This document shows positions 44,262 to 53,883 of a stretch of 64,000 nucleotides of DNA, in pieces. This DNA comes from an uncultured Solirubrobacteraceae bacterium (GTDB lineage Bacteria > Actinomycetota > Thermoleophilia > Solirubrobacterales > Solirubrobacteraceae). How positions within the stretch are numbered: position 1 is the stretch's first letter; each line of letters begins with the position of its first letter. The position numbers and the translations under genes are program-made. The notes beneath the pieces are model-generated. The model worked only from the letters and a program-made list of their open reading frames with translations, had not been told where the DNA came from and made no database searches. The stretch lies in the NCBI GenBank assembly GCA_964588985.1, contig CAZPQW010000007.1, positions 1 through 64,000 on the forward strand, given 5' to 3'.

Positions 44262-45686
44262 CTACTGGGCGCCGAGGTAGTTGAAGTAGCGCACCTCTTC
44301 GCGGCCGAGGCGATCGGCTCGCGGGTGGAAATGGAGCGCGTCCTCGATCTCCGCGAGACTCGGGCTGCAGGCGATCAGCGCGTAGAGGGTGTAGAGGAGC
44401 AGCAGTCGGCGCCAGCGCCTGGTGGCGACGAGCGCCGCGAACGGCAGCGCCCACAGCACGTACCACGGCGCGCTCCAGCCGAGGGTGAAGATCAGCGCGA
44501 TCGCCGCGACGCATCCGCACTCGAACGCGTCCATCGGGCGTTTCAGCGCGCGCGCCGCCGACATCAGGATCACGATCGCCGCGAGGCCCGTGAGCGCCGT
44601 CCGCAGCCCAGAGGTCGCGCCGCCCAGGCCGAGCACGATTCCGAGCAGGTTGGGCAGCCCCTCAGGCGAGACGAGTTTGCTCTGCGCACTGACGCCTCCG
44701 AGATGCGGGCCGAACGCGAGCAGACTCACGCCGACGAGCAGGACCGCGGCGGTGCCCATCCCGACCAGCAGCGGACGACGACGGGGCGCGATCGCGAGCG
44801 CCAGCGGCAGGAAGATCACGGCCGGCGACTTGATCCCCACGGCCGCCACGAGCATCGCGCCCGCTGCCAGCTCCGGACCGAACAGGCCTGTGCGAGAGGG
44901 CGCAGACGCCTCTCGCTCCTGCCCGACCATCTCGCCCCGTAAGCGAGGAACAAGCAGCAGGTAGATCGCCGCGAACACCAGCAGCATCATCATGAAGTCG
45001 TTGTGCTCGCCGCCGAGGCCCCACACGATCACGATCGGATTGAGCCCCACGAGCGCCACCGCGAGCTGGGGCGAACGGCCGAGCAGTCGCGCCAAGCGCC
45101 ACACCAGGGCCAGCAGCCCCAGGCTGCACAGGCCCATGATGATCTTCAGCGCCCAGAACGAGCCGGCGACGCCGAGGGGAACGAGTGCGTAGGTGATGAG
45201 CGTGAACAGCTGCCCATAGGGCGAGCGCAGGTAGTGCCAGTTGCTGATCGCGTACGCCGGATCGTCGTGCGGCTCGTACAGCGGCAGCGTCGAGTAAGGG
45301 TTCAGGTGGTGGACGACACCCATGCGGCCGTAGTTGATGTAGTTGAACACGTCGGTGTACTCGAGCGGCGGCGAGAGCAGGAACGTCAGCTGCACCGCGA
45401 AGATCGCGCCCACGATCCACCCCGGATGCATCTTCGGTGCACCGCGCAGCACCAGCAGGTACGCCACGAACAGCAGTCCGAACGCCACGGTCACCATGCG
45501 CTCGACGGTGCGCGTGCGCGGGATCGTCGCCGGCCACAGTCCCCTCAACGGACCGGACATCCACGCGGGGTAGCTCCTAGAGATGGCCGTCGGGCTGAGG
45601 ATGCTGGCGCCGTGCGCTGCAAACGCCACGAGCGCCACGCACAACAGCACCAGCGCGAACAGCGGCAAGAGCCTCGCGACCGCCAC
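44262..45686 (-). CDS. GT-C membrane glycosyltransferase, MptA/MptB-like, paralog 2 (start uncertain)
   Basis: PPLEYTDVFNYINYGRM, SPYGQ, GLNPIV, GGEHND, PWY. Confidence 0.78.
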   Translation of the reverse strand: MAVARLLPLFALVLLCVALVAFAAHGASILSPTAISRSYPAWMSGPLRGLWPATIPRTRTVERMVTVAFGLLFVAYLLVLRGAPKMHPGWIVGAIFAVQLTFLLSPPLEYTDVFNYINYGRMGVVHHLNPYSTLPLYEPHDDPAYAISNWHYLRSPYGQLFTLITYALVPLGVAGSFWALKIIMGLCSLGLLALVWRLARLLGRSPQLAVALVGLNPIVIVWGLGGEHNDFMMMLLVFAAIYLLLVPRLRGEMVGQEREASAPSRTGLFGPELAAGAMLVAAVGIKSPAVIFLPLALAIAPRRRPLLVGMGTAAVLLVGVSLLAFGPHLGGVSAQSKLVSPEGLPNLLGIVLGLGGATSGLRTALTGLAAIVILMSAARALKRPMDAFECGCVAAIALIFTLGWSAPWYVLWALPFAALVATRRWRRLLLLYTLYALIACSPSLAEIEDALHFHPRADRLGREEVRYFNYLGAQ

Positions 45687-45748
45687 CGCCTGGGAGCGCC
45701 AGTGTGGGCTGGAGGACCGCTCGACGGGCTCGTGACCGACTCGGACGG

Positions 45749-48055
45749 CTACGGCGCCGCCGTCTGCTGCGGCTGAGGAGAGTATCCCGGGTGAACGTGG
45801 CACGTTGGTGGTGGGTATCCCGCCATGATCGGGGCTGCCGGGATGTGCGTCAGGGACCCGTAGGCCCGTGAGGTGAGCGTCGCCGCCTGCACCTGGACGC
45901 TGTCTGCGGCCGGGACCGGCACCGTCGCAACGAACTGTACCGTGCTCGCGCCACCCGACAGCTGCAGTCGATGCGTGATTTCGGCGCTTCCCGCCGCTGT
46001 CGCGACGCGCTGCTCGGTGCCGTCGGGGAAGCGCGCGATCACCGTCCCGAACGCCGGTTCCAGGCCCGTGAGGCCGACCGTGAGCGTCGCCGTGACAGGC
46101 TGCGAGCGCGACCCGCCGCTGAGCGTGAGACCGGCGCTCGTGCATCTCACGCGCAGCGGATACAGCGTGGCCCTTCGCACTTCGCCCTGGGCGCGTTCTC
46201 CGAGCGTGCGCTTCAGCCGCGCGAGATACGGGCGCAGGTCGAAGAACCACAGGTCTCCTGCTCGGCTGACGAGCGGCTGCTCGCCGAGTTGGGTGTGCAG
46301 CGCGCTGCGCAGTACCGCCGGTGAGACCCGATAGCCGCTCGGCTCGATCACCAGCCCGTCGAAGCCGCTCAGCGAGGCGGCGGCGAGGGCGAGGGCGAGC
46401 GGCTTCGCCGCTAGTTCGCTCTCCCAGTCCTGGGGTCTGCCCTTCGCCACGCCGTAGCTCCAGCGCAGCGACGTCGAGGTGATGTAGCCGCGCGTCTCCT
46501 CATAGGTGGTGCCGAAGTTGGGGCTCGCGAAGCCGACCGCGGACAGCGGCGCTCCGTAGCCCTCGGGGAACGGAACGTAGGGCAGCTCGAACACAGACCC
46601 GTTCGCCCCCAGGCGTGCCTGCACCTGGTCGAAGAAGGCGCTGTCGCTGCGGTACTCCGCGGCCGACGCGTGGAACTTCGGAACGAAGTCCGAGCTCGTC
46701 TCGTCGAGCACGCCCACGACGAGCAGCCCAACGATCGCGATCGTGGGCCAGTGCGTCCCTCTTCGCCGGCGCGCGAGCCAGCGCAGGCCGGCTTGGGTCA
46801 GGCATGCCGCCGCGAGCAGCGAGAAGAACGCGATGAACAGCGACATGCGGTTCCAGCCGCGCACGTCAGGTGTGAGGAAGTACGCCAGCAGCGAGGAGAA
46901 CCCGCCGATGGACGCGATCAGCAGCGACAGGAGCACGCCGAGCGCCGCCGGCCGATAGAGACGGGAACCCGCCAGCAGCGTTCCCGCGCCGAGCAGAGCG
47001 GCGAGCGCGCCGGCGAGCAGCCACACGAACCCCACGTCGCCGACGCTCCCGAGCGTCTCGTAGCACTGCTCGCAGTAGCTCGAGGAGCCGGCCTTGGCGT
47101 ATTCGCCGTTGAGGTCGCTCAGCAGCGGGAGGCGGTGGCCCTGTACGGGCAGGAGCAGCTGGGCTGGCTTCAGCCCGAGCAGTTCGGTGTCTGTGAGGCT
47201 GCGCGCGATCGACTGGTTCGCGCCGTGTTCGGCGCGATAGACGAGGCTCGGGGAGAGGTTCGCCACGAGCACCACGCCGATCAGCAGCACGCAGCCGAGC
47301 GCGCTCGTCACCGCCGCTCTTCCGGTGCGCGCGACCAGCGCCACCAGCGCACCGGCGGACAGGAGCACGAGCGCGAACGCCGCGTAGTAGAGGCCCGAGG
47401 ACGCGATCATCACGCACAGCAGCACCGTTCGCGCCGTGCGCCACGACAGCCACGCGAGCGCCCCGCTTGCCGGCGAGGCTCGCCGCTGGAAGCGCGCCTC
47501 CCCCAGGAAGGTGCACAGGAACAGATACGCGGACAGCGGGACGGAGTAGTACGCCGACAGCGTCAGCTGCGACTCGTTGCGGTAGAAGTGGTAGGGGAGC
47601 AGTGCGAACAGCACCGCCGCGACGGCCGCGGGCGCGGCCGCGACTTCGAGCTTGCGCATCACCAGGAAGGCGCTCGCCGCGGCGAGCGGGAACGTGAGCA
47701 GGTAGAACAGGTTGTCGATCAGCGCGGGGTTCGAGCTGAACAGCGCCAGCACGCGGATGATCGCGAAGTTGAGGTTGTCCGCCCCCTGCGGGAAGTCCGC
47801 CAGCTGTTGCCCGAACGGCGCGCCGAGACTCGACCCGGCTTCGAACCAGCCGTGACGGATCACGCTCCTGATCAGCATCAGATAGAACTTCGTGTCGTCG
47901 AGCTGCGCGTAGCGAAATGGCAGCGCGAGGTCGGCCTGCCACAGCTTCATGGCCCAGCCGGCAGCCACCAGCGTCAGCATTGCGACCACGGCCGCCTCTG
48001 CCCAGAGACGGCGAGGAGTCGAGGAGCGATTGCCTGCGGTGCCTCCTCGGCGCAC
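45749..48055 (-). CDS. Large polytopic membrane protein, probably GT-C/YfhO-like
   Basis: Many TM segments, early acidic loop (QLDDTKF), LGAPFG, RGWNRMS, VFELPYVPFPE, LRWSYG, extracellular beta-rich C-terminus. Confidence 0.65.
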   Translation of the reverse strand: MRRGGTAGNRSSTPRRLWAEAAVVAMLTLVAAGWAMKLWQADLALPFRYAQLDDTKFYLMLIRSVIRHGWFEAGSSLGAPFGQQLADFPQGADNLNFAIIRVLALFSSNPALIDNLFYLLTFPLAAASAFLVMRKLEVAAAPAAVAAVLFALLPYHFYRNESQLTLSAYYSVPLSAYLFLCTFLGEARFQRRASPASGALAWLSWRTARTVLLCVMIASSGLYYAAFALVLLSAGALVALVARTGRAAVTSALGCVLLIGVVLVANLSPSLVYRAEHGANQSIARSLTDTELLGLKPAQLLLPVQGHRLPLLSDLNGEYAKAGSSSYCEQCYETLGSVGDVGFVWLLAGALAALLGAGTLLAGSRLYRPAALGVLLSLLIASIGGFSSLLAYFLTPDVRGWNRMSLFIAFFSLLAAACLTQAGLRWLARRRRGTHWPTIAIVGLLVVGVLDETSSDFVPKFHASAAEYRSDSAFFDQVQARLGANGSVFELPYVPFPEGYGAPLSAVGFASPNFGTTYEETRGYITSTSLRWSYGVAKGRPQDWESELAAKPLALALAAASLSGFDGLVIEPSGYRVSPAVLRSALHTQLGEQPLVSRAGDLWFFDLRPYLARLKRTLGERAQGEVRRATLYPLRVRCTSAGLTLSGGSRSQPVTATLTVGLTGLEPAFGTVIARFPDGTEQRVATAAGSAEITHRLQLSGGASTVQFVATVPVPAADSVQVQAATLTSRAYGSLTHIPAAPIMAGYPPPTCHVHPGYSPQPQQTAAP

Positions 48056-48157
48056 GATCTCCTGACCCTATCGGTTCGCCTCGACGGCTCGCCGCGGACC
48101 TATCATGGCTTCGCGGCACATCGCCGCGCACAACGACCCGACGGGAGAAGAGCGCAA

Positions 48158-48592
48158 ATGGAGGCTTCCACGGAGTACCCCGGCGTGACCCGGGGCGAGG
48201 GCTACGCAGTCGCGCATCTGGAGGACCTCGGCGACGGTCCGGGGTTTCGCAAGGTGCGCAAGGGACTCGACGTCACAGCGTTCGGCGTGAACGCGATCGT
48301 GCTCCCGCCGGGCATCGAAACGGGCTTTCATTACCACGACCTCCAGGAGGAGCTCTACTTCGTGCACGCCGGCACGATCGAGATGGAGTTCGGGGACGGC
48401 TCCGTGCAACGCCTGCACGCGGGCGGTCTTGCACGCGTGGACGCCGCGACACTTCGCAAGATCCGCAACGTCGGCGACGTGGACGCTGTCTACCTGTGCG
48501 CGGGCGGCAAGGATGGATACATCGGTCGCGACGGGCGCGTGCGGCCCGGCGAGGAGGAGCGTGTGAAAGCGATGCACGACCTCTCCAAATGA
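48158..48592 (+). CDS. Cupin domain protein
   Basis: HYHDLQEELYFVHAG cupin motif; TATCAT -10 at 48101. Confidence 0.88.
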   Translation: MEASTEYPGVTRGEGYAVAHLEDLGDGPGFRKVRKGLDVTAFGVNAIVLPPGIETGFHYHDLQEELYFVHAGTIEMEFGDGSVQRLHAGGLARVDAATLRKIRNVGDVDAVYLCAGGKDGYIGRDGRVRPGEEERVKAMHDLSK

Positions 48593-48607
48593 GCGGCGGC
48601 GAGCGCG

Positions 48608-49042
48608 GTGAGCGAGGCTGAGGATTCCCAGCGGCTGCTGCGCGTCGCGGGCGGTCCGACGATCCCGCTCGCCGAGATCGTCCTGCGCACGAGCCGCTCG
48701 TCGGGGCCCGGGGGCCAGCACGCGAATGTGACCGCCTCGCGCGTGGAAGCGGTCTTCGACGTGACCGCCTCCCCCTCGCTGAGCGAGCCCCAACGCGAGC
48801 GGCTGCTGGCGCGAGTCGGGCCGCGGGTCGTCGCGGTCGCACAGGACGAGCGCTCCCAGACGCGCAACCGCGAACTGGCGCTCAAGCGGCTCGCCGAGCG
48901 CGTCTCACGTGGGCTCGCGGTGCCCCGCAGCCGCCGCCCCACACGCCCGACCGCGGCCTCGCGCAAACGTCGCCTGCAGGAGAAGCGCCAGACGTCACGG
49001 CGCAAGCTCGACCGTCGCCCGCCGTCGGCGGACAGCGACTAG
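48608..49042 (+). CDS. arfB: Alternative ribosome rescue peptidyl-tRNA hydrolase ArfB
   Basis: SRSSGPGGQHAN, RSQTRNRELA, basic tail RRPTRPT..SRKRRLQEKR. Confidence 0.94.
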   Translation: MSEAEDSQRLLRVAGGPTIPLAEIVLRTSRSSGPGGQHANVTASRVEAVFDVTASPSLSEPQRERLLARVGPRVVAVAQDERSQTRNRELALKRLAERVSRGLAVPRSRRPTRPTAASRKRRLQEKRQTSRRKLDRRPPSADSD

Positions 49043-50577
49043 TTCAGCAGCTCCTTGATGTAGCGCTGGTGCAGGCGCCCCACGGGCGTGTCTTCGGGAT
49101 GGAAGCCGATCGCGCTCCACAGCAGGCTGGACGCGGGCGCCCACGCGACGATCAGATAGGCCCCGGCCACGAGCACCGCCGCGCGCAGCCTGCGCGAGCT
49201 CGACAGCGCCGCAAGCGGCAGCGCCCACATCACGTACCACGGCAACACCCAGCTGAGCGTGAACACCAGCGCCACGCTCGCCCAGCCTGAAGCGGTGATC
49301 GCGTCCCGTCGACGCCACGCGAGCCTGCAGCAGAGCAGCATCACAATCGCCAGCGCGACCGTCATGACCGTGCGCAGCCCGTTCGTCTCACCGCCCTGCC
49401 CGATCGCGAGGCCGATCAGGTTCGGGACGCTCTCGTTGCTCACAACGTGGCTCTGAGTACTCAGATCGGGGATGTGCAGTCCGAACGCGAGCAGGCTGAC
49501 AGCGCCTACCACCACGCCGGCCGCGACCATGCCCAGCACGACCTGGATCAGTGCTCGCGGCGCGCGCAGCAGGCTCACCAGCACGACCGGGATCAGCACT
49601 CCACCCGAGGCCTTGATCGCGGCGGCGAGCACGAAGGCGGCGCCGGCGCCCATCTCGAGAGGCACGAGCGGCAGCAGCCAGCCGAGCATTCCTGTCGGCC
49701 GGTGCTCTGCGCGGTCCTCTCGCCCGGGCCGGGCGCGCAGCAGCAGGTAGAAGCCGAGCATGATGCACAGGATCATCAGCGCGTCGTTGTGGTCGCCCCC
49801 CAGCCCCCACACGAGCACGATCGGGTTCAACCCCACCAGCACGACGGCGGCCAGCGGGTCGCGACCCAGCAGGCGAGCGCACTTCCACACCAGCGCGATC
49901 GTCCCGAGGCTCGCGGCGGCGAGGAGGAGCTTCAGCGCCCAGAAGGATCCTGCCACGCCCAGGGGCACCACGACGAAGGTGAGCATCGTGAACAGCGGCC
50001 CGTAGGGGCTGCGCAGCTCGTGCCAGTTGCTGAGCCCGTAGCTCGGATCGTTGTGCGGCTCGAGGATCGGGATCGTGGTGTACGGGTTGAGGTTGTGCAC
50101 GACCTCCATGCGCCCGTAGTTGATGTAGTTGAACACATCCGTCAGCGTCAGCGGCGGCGAGAGCACGAAGATTACGTGCACCACGAGGATCGCGCCGAGC
50201 ACCCAGCGGACAGGCAGCTCCGGCGTGCAGCGCAGCAGCACCAGGTAGCTCAAGTACATCAGCACGATCGAGCCTGTGACCCAGTATTTGAGCGTCGTGC
50301 CGCTACTCGTCATGCTCGGCAGCAGACCTCCCAGCGGACCCGCCATCCAGCGCGGGAAGTAATCCGCGTGCGTCGTCGAGGCGAGCCAGCTCGGGCGATC
50401 GGCCGCCATCACGACCACCAGCAGGCTCAGCGCCACCATCGCCGCCATCGCGATCGCGCCGACTTTCGTGCGCGTGCTCGCGTCCCTCCACGCGCCGGTG
50501 CGTCCCCGCCACGGCCAGCGGCGCGCGCCGGGGAGAGATGTGTCCTGGAGCGGGATGGTCGTGGCGTCGCCCGGCAT
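49039..50577 (-). CDS. GT-C membrane glycosyltransferase, MptA/MptB-like, paralog 3
   Basis: PPLTLTDVFNYINYGRM, SPYGP, GLNPIV, GGDHND, LPWY. Confidence 0.8.
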   Translation of the reverse strand: MPGDATTIPLQDTSLPGARRWPWRGRTGAWRDASTRTKVGAIAMAAMVALSLLVVVMAADRPSWLASTTHADYFPRWMAGPLGGLLPSMTSSGTTLKYWVTGSIVLMYLSYLVLLRCTPELPVRWVLGAILVVHVIFVLSPPLTLTDVFNYINYGRMEVVHNLNPYTTIPILEPHNDPSYGLSNWHELRSPYGPLFTMLTFVVVPLGVAGSFWALKLLLAAASLGTIALVWKCARLLGRDPLAAVVLVGLNPIVLVWGLGGDHNDALMILCIMLGFYLLLRARPGREDRAEHRPTGMLGWLLPLVPLEMGAGAAFVLAAAIKASGGVLIPVVLVSLLRAPRALIQVVLGMVAAGVVVGAVSLLAFGLHIPDLSTQSHVVSNESVPNLIGLAIGQGGETNGLRTVMTVALAIVMLLCCRLAWRRRDAITASGWASVALVFTLSWVLPWYVMWALPLAALSSSRRLRAAVLVAGAYLIVAWAPASSLLWSAIGFHPEDTPVGRLHQRYIKELLN

Positions 50578-50608
50578 GCTCAGCTGGGCGGACAGTATCC
50601 CGCGGGAT

Positions 50609-50639
50609 AAAAAAAGAGAGCCCGCCGAGGCGGGCTCTC
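50609..50639 (-). terminator. Rho-independent terminator of the cold-shock gene
   Basis: GAGAGCCCGCC/GGCGGGCTCTC inverted repeat (50616-50639) followed by 7 U on the minus strand. Confidence 0.9.
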
Positions 50640-50664
50640 GCAGAGCCGAACTACGCTCGTCCGC

Positions 50665-50868
50665 TTAGATCGTCTGGACGTTGACAGCCTTGGGGCCCTT
50701 GTCGCCCTGCTCCGGGTCGTAGGAGACCTTTGCGCCCTCCTGCAGCGAGCGGTAACCCTCGCCGTTGATTCCGGTGTGATGGACGAAGAGGTCCTTGTCG
50801 CCGTCGTCAGGGGTGATGAAACCAAAACCCTTGTCGTCGCTGAACCACTTTACGGTGCCAGTTGGCAT
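50665..50868 (-). CDS. csp: Cold-shock protein
   Basis: [15 protein letters not shown] (RNP1), DLFVHH (RNP2); GGAGGAG RBS; ~100-nt leader after a TACGGT hexamer. Confidence 0.97.
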   Translation of the reverse strand: MPTGTVKWFSDDKGFGFITPDDGDKDLFVHHTGINGEGYRSLQEGAKVSYDPEQGDKGPKAVNVQTI

Positions 50869-51079
50869 TTGTACTCCTCCACGGTATGTGCGTGCTGCTA
50901 CGCGGAGGATGCTTTAGAGCTTCGACCTGCGAGCGCTTGCACTACTTTCGCCGGTCTTATCCGCCGGCCATTCCGGACGACCGTAGCACGTAAACGGGCC
51001 TGTGTGTTGTGGAGTTGTTGCGGCTTTGTGCCTAGCGTCCAATCGCCTACACAACGCCGCCGCGGCTAGGGTGAGGCCC

Positions 51080-51898
51080 ATGGACGCCCCATCGGAGCCC
51101 AATCCGAGCGCGGCGAGCGACGCGCCACTGCGACTCGAGCGTCTGCTGCCGCCGGGAGAGCCCGCCACGATCCCCGAGATCGTGCGGGAGATGGGGCTGT
51201 GGGACCGCGCGCCGTCTCCGTCTGAGCGTCCGCACGTGATGCTCAACATGATCTCGAGCGTCGACGGGCGAGCAACCGTGAGCGGACGCTCGGGGCCGCT
51301 CAGCGACACGGCCGACCGCAAGCTCTTCCACGGTCTGCGCACCGCCGTGGACGCGATCCTGGTGGGAGCGGGCACCGCACGCGTCGAGCGCTACGGCCGG
51401 CTGATCCCCGAGCAGGCGCGGCGGGATCTGCGCCGCGAGCACGGCCTGCCCGAGGAGCCGCTCGCGTGCATCGTGTCCGCGAGCCTCGACCTCGGCGAGG
51501 ACATACCTCTGCTCGGAGAGGGCGATGCGCGCGTCGCGATCCTGACGCCTTCCACCGCGAGCCTGCCCGACATGCCGGCGCAGGTGGACTACGTGCGCAC
51601 CGGTCCCGAGGGGCCGCTGAACCTGAGCGAGGCGCTGGCCGAGCTTGGAGAGCGCTTCGGCGTGCAGTCGGTGCTGTGCGAGGGCGGTCCGCACCTCGCG
51701 AGCGAACTGCTCCACGCGGGGCTGGTCGACGAAGTGTTCCTGTCGCTCTCGCCGACGCTCACCGGAGGAGACCCCGCGAAGGGACCGGCGCTTCGAATCC
51801 TCGCGGGGGTCGAGGTCGAGCCGCCGGTCGCACTCACGCTGCTCGGAGTGCTCCGCAGCGAGTCGAGCCTGTTCCTGCGCTACGCCGTGGACGCCTGA
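51080..51898 (+). CDS. RibD C-terminal / dihydrofolate reductase family protein
   Basis: NMISSVDG, DAILVGAGTAR.E.Y, LCEGGPHL, LVDEVFLSLSP. Confidence 0.9.
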   Translation: MDAPSEPNPSAASDAPLRLERLLPPGEPATIPEIVREMGLWDRAPSPSERPHVMLNMISSVDGRATVSGRSGPLSDTADRKLFHGLRTAVDAILVGAGTARVERYGRLIPEQARRDLRREHGLPEEPLACIVSASLDLGEDIPLLGEGDARVAILTPSTASLPDMPAQVDYVRTGPEGPLNLSEALAELGERFGVQSVLCEGGPHLASELLHAGLVDEVFLSLSPTLTGGDPAKGPALRILAGVEVEPPVALTLLGVLRSESSLFLRYAVDA

Positions 51899-52827
51899 GA
51901 GCGCGTCTCGCGCGAGACGACGCTCAGCAGCTCACTCGCCAGCTGACGGCCCTGGGTCGCAACCAGCGGCGTGGCCGCGATCAGCACCACCACCTCCTCC
52001 CCGTCGAGCTCCTCGAGCGTGATCCGCGGCGCGCGACGCAGCGGCGTCTGCAGCGAGCGCTCGAGCACCTCCTGCAGGTCGCCCGGAGTCATCCCCGCGC
52101 GCAGACGCGCGCGCAGGTTGACAGCCTCGGGCTCGCGCAGCGGCAGCACCGCGACGTTCAGCACCACGCTGTTGGGCACCATCATCGAGTCCTCGCCCGT
52201 GGCGAACGTCGTGTACAGCAGCCCCAGCGAGCTCACCGTCCCCTCGATCTGGCCCGCGAGCGGACCGCCCTGCAGCCGCACGCGCTCGCCCACGCGAAAT
52301 GGACGCGCGCTCAGGAGCACCGTGCCCGCGATCAGGTTGCCGAGCGTCTGCTGCGCGGCGAGGCCCACGATCACCGCGGTGAACGCGCCGCCCAGCGCCA
52401 GTTCTCCGGCGCCGATGCCCGCCACGCTGAGCGCCACCACGAACGCGAGCACGACCGTAGCCAGGCGGATCACGAACCCGACCGTCCCCGCGGTGGCCGG
52501 GTCCAGGCGCCTGAACAGCGCCGGGCCGAGCCCGCGGCCCATGTCGCGCGCGATCGCCCAGCCGAGGATCATCAGCGCGAGGACCGTCGCGACCCTGATG
52601 GGCGTGTCGAGCGCTCGTTCGAGCATCTTGTGAGCCGGTTCGTGGGTGTGCGGATCGGCCGCCACCTGCGTGCCGAACAGGCTCACGCGGTTGTCGTAGA
52701 TGAGGACGATGCCGACGAACAACGGCACGAGCACGAGCGCCTCCAGCCGCGCGCGCTTGACCACGCGCGGGCTTATCTGGCGCAGCAGTCCGACCTCCTG
52801 CCAGGCGTGGCTGCGGGTCTCGAACAT
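51880..52827 (-). CDS. mscS: Small-conductance mechanosensitive channel
   Basis: GLAAQQTLGNLIAG, RPFRVGERV, MVPNS; alternative start 52854. Confidence 0.9.
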   Translation of the reverse strand: MFETRSHAWQEVGLLRQISPRVVKRARLEALVLVPLFVGIVLIYDNRVSLFGTQVAADPHTHEPAHKMLERALDTPIRVATVLALMILGWAIARDMGRGLGPALFRRLDPATAGTVGFVIRLATVVLAFVVALSVAGIGAGELALGGAFTAVIVGLAAQQTLGNLIAGTVLLSARPFRVGERVRLQGGPLAGQIEGTVSSLGLLYTTFATGEDSMMVPNSVVLNVAVLPLREPEAVNLRARLRAGMTPGDLQEVLERSLQTPLRRAPRITLEELDGEEVVVLIAATPLVATQGRQLASELLSVVSRETRSQASTA

Positions 52828-52909
52828 CTTCGACGGTGTCTTACGCGCGGGCATCAGCTGTCAATGATGGTGCACGACGCCGAGAACGCCGGCTGATCGC
52901 TTGCGTGCT

Positions 52910-53827
52910 CTACGACTGCGTGTAGGCGATCATCGCGACGCCGAACAGCATGCAGTAGATCGCGAACGGCGTGAGCGTCTTGGTCTTGAAGTAGCCGACC
53001 AGGAAGCGGACCGTGAAGACCGCGGTCACAGCGGCGACAGCACAGGCGACGGCCGCCTGTCCGCGCACCCCGTCGCCGAGGTGGCCGAGCAGGTCGGGCA
53101 TCTTGAAGATCGACGCCGCGAGGATGATCGGCGTTGCGAGCAGGAACGCGAAGCGCGCCGAGTCGCTGTGGTCGAGCCCGCGCGCAAGGCCGGTCCCCAT
53201 GGTGATCCCGTCGCGGCTGATCCCCGCGACCAGCGCCGTCGACTGGGCGACGCCCACGACGAGCGCCTCGCGGTATTCGAGCGTCGCCAGCTCGCGCGCG
53301 CCGTCTGGCTTCGCGCCTTCGCGCAGCGCCAGTTCGCGCACCTCCGCGCGACGGCGGAAGCGCTCGGCGGCGATCAGCACCATGCCGTTGACCGTCAGGA
53401 AGATCGCCGCGATTTCGGGCTTCGCGGTGAGCGTGCGCAGCTGGTGCTCGAAGATCAGGCCGAACAGCCCCGCCGGGATGCTCGCGACGATGATCAGCCA
53501 CGCGAGACGCTCGTCGGCGGTCTCCGCTTTGCGCGTGGAGAGGGTGTGGAAGAACGCTGTGACGATCTTCACCCAGTCGCGCCAGTAGTAGGCGAGCAGG
53601 CCGAGCGCGCTGCCGAGGTGAAGCGTGACGACGAACGCCAGCCAGAAGGACTCCGACTTCGACTGCGCGTCCACCAGCGCGTTCCAGCCGAACAGCGTCG
53701 GGAACAGCACCGTGTGCCCGAGGCTCGAGATCGGGAACAGCTCCGTCACGCCCTGCAGGAAGCCAAGCACGATCGCCTGGAAGTAGGTGACGGCCGAGCC
53801 GAGGGGAACCGCGTGGAGTATCGACAT
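52910..53827 (-). CDS. uppP: Undecaprenyl-diphosphate phosphatase
   Basis: LGFLQGVTELFPISSLGH, LHLGSA, GISRDG, FAFLLATP. Confidence 0.94.
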   Translation of the reverse strand: MSILHAVPLGSAVTYFQAIVLGFLQGVTELFPISSLGHTVLFPTLFGWNALVDAQSKSESFWLAFVVTLHLGSALGLLAYYWRDWVKIVTAFFHTLSTRKAETADERLAWLIIVASIPAGLFGLIFEHQLRTLTAKPEIAAIFLTVNGMVLIAAERFRRRAEVRELALREGAKPDGARELATLEYREALVVGVAQSTALVAGISRDGITMGTGLARGLDHSDSARFAFLLATPIILAASIFKMPDLLGHLGDGVRGQAAVACAVAAVTAVFTVRFLVGYFKTKTLTPFAIYCMLFGVAMIAYTQS

Positions 53828-53883
53828 AGCGGAACAGCCTATTGGGTGTCTCTGTCTCGCGCCCAACGCGTACCCTCCCGTCA

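Noticed and set aside
44262-48055. Apparent 500-nt overlap of ORFs 44262-46250 and 45749-48055 as a programmed frameshift
   Set aside because: Similarity to the paralogs starts only near 45690 and no slippery site was seen; a later start explains it.
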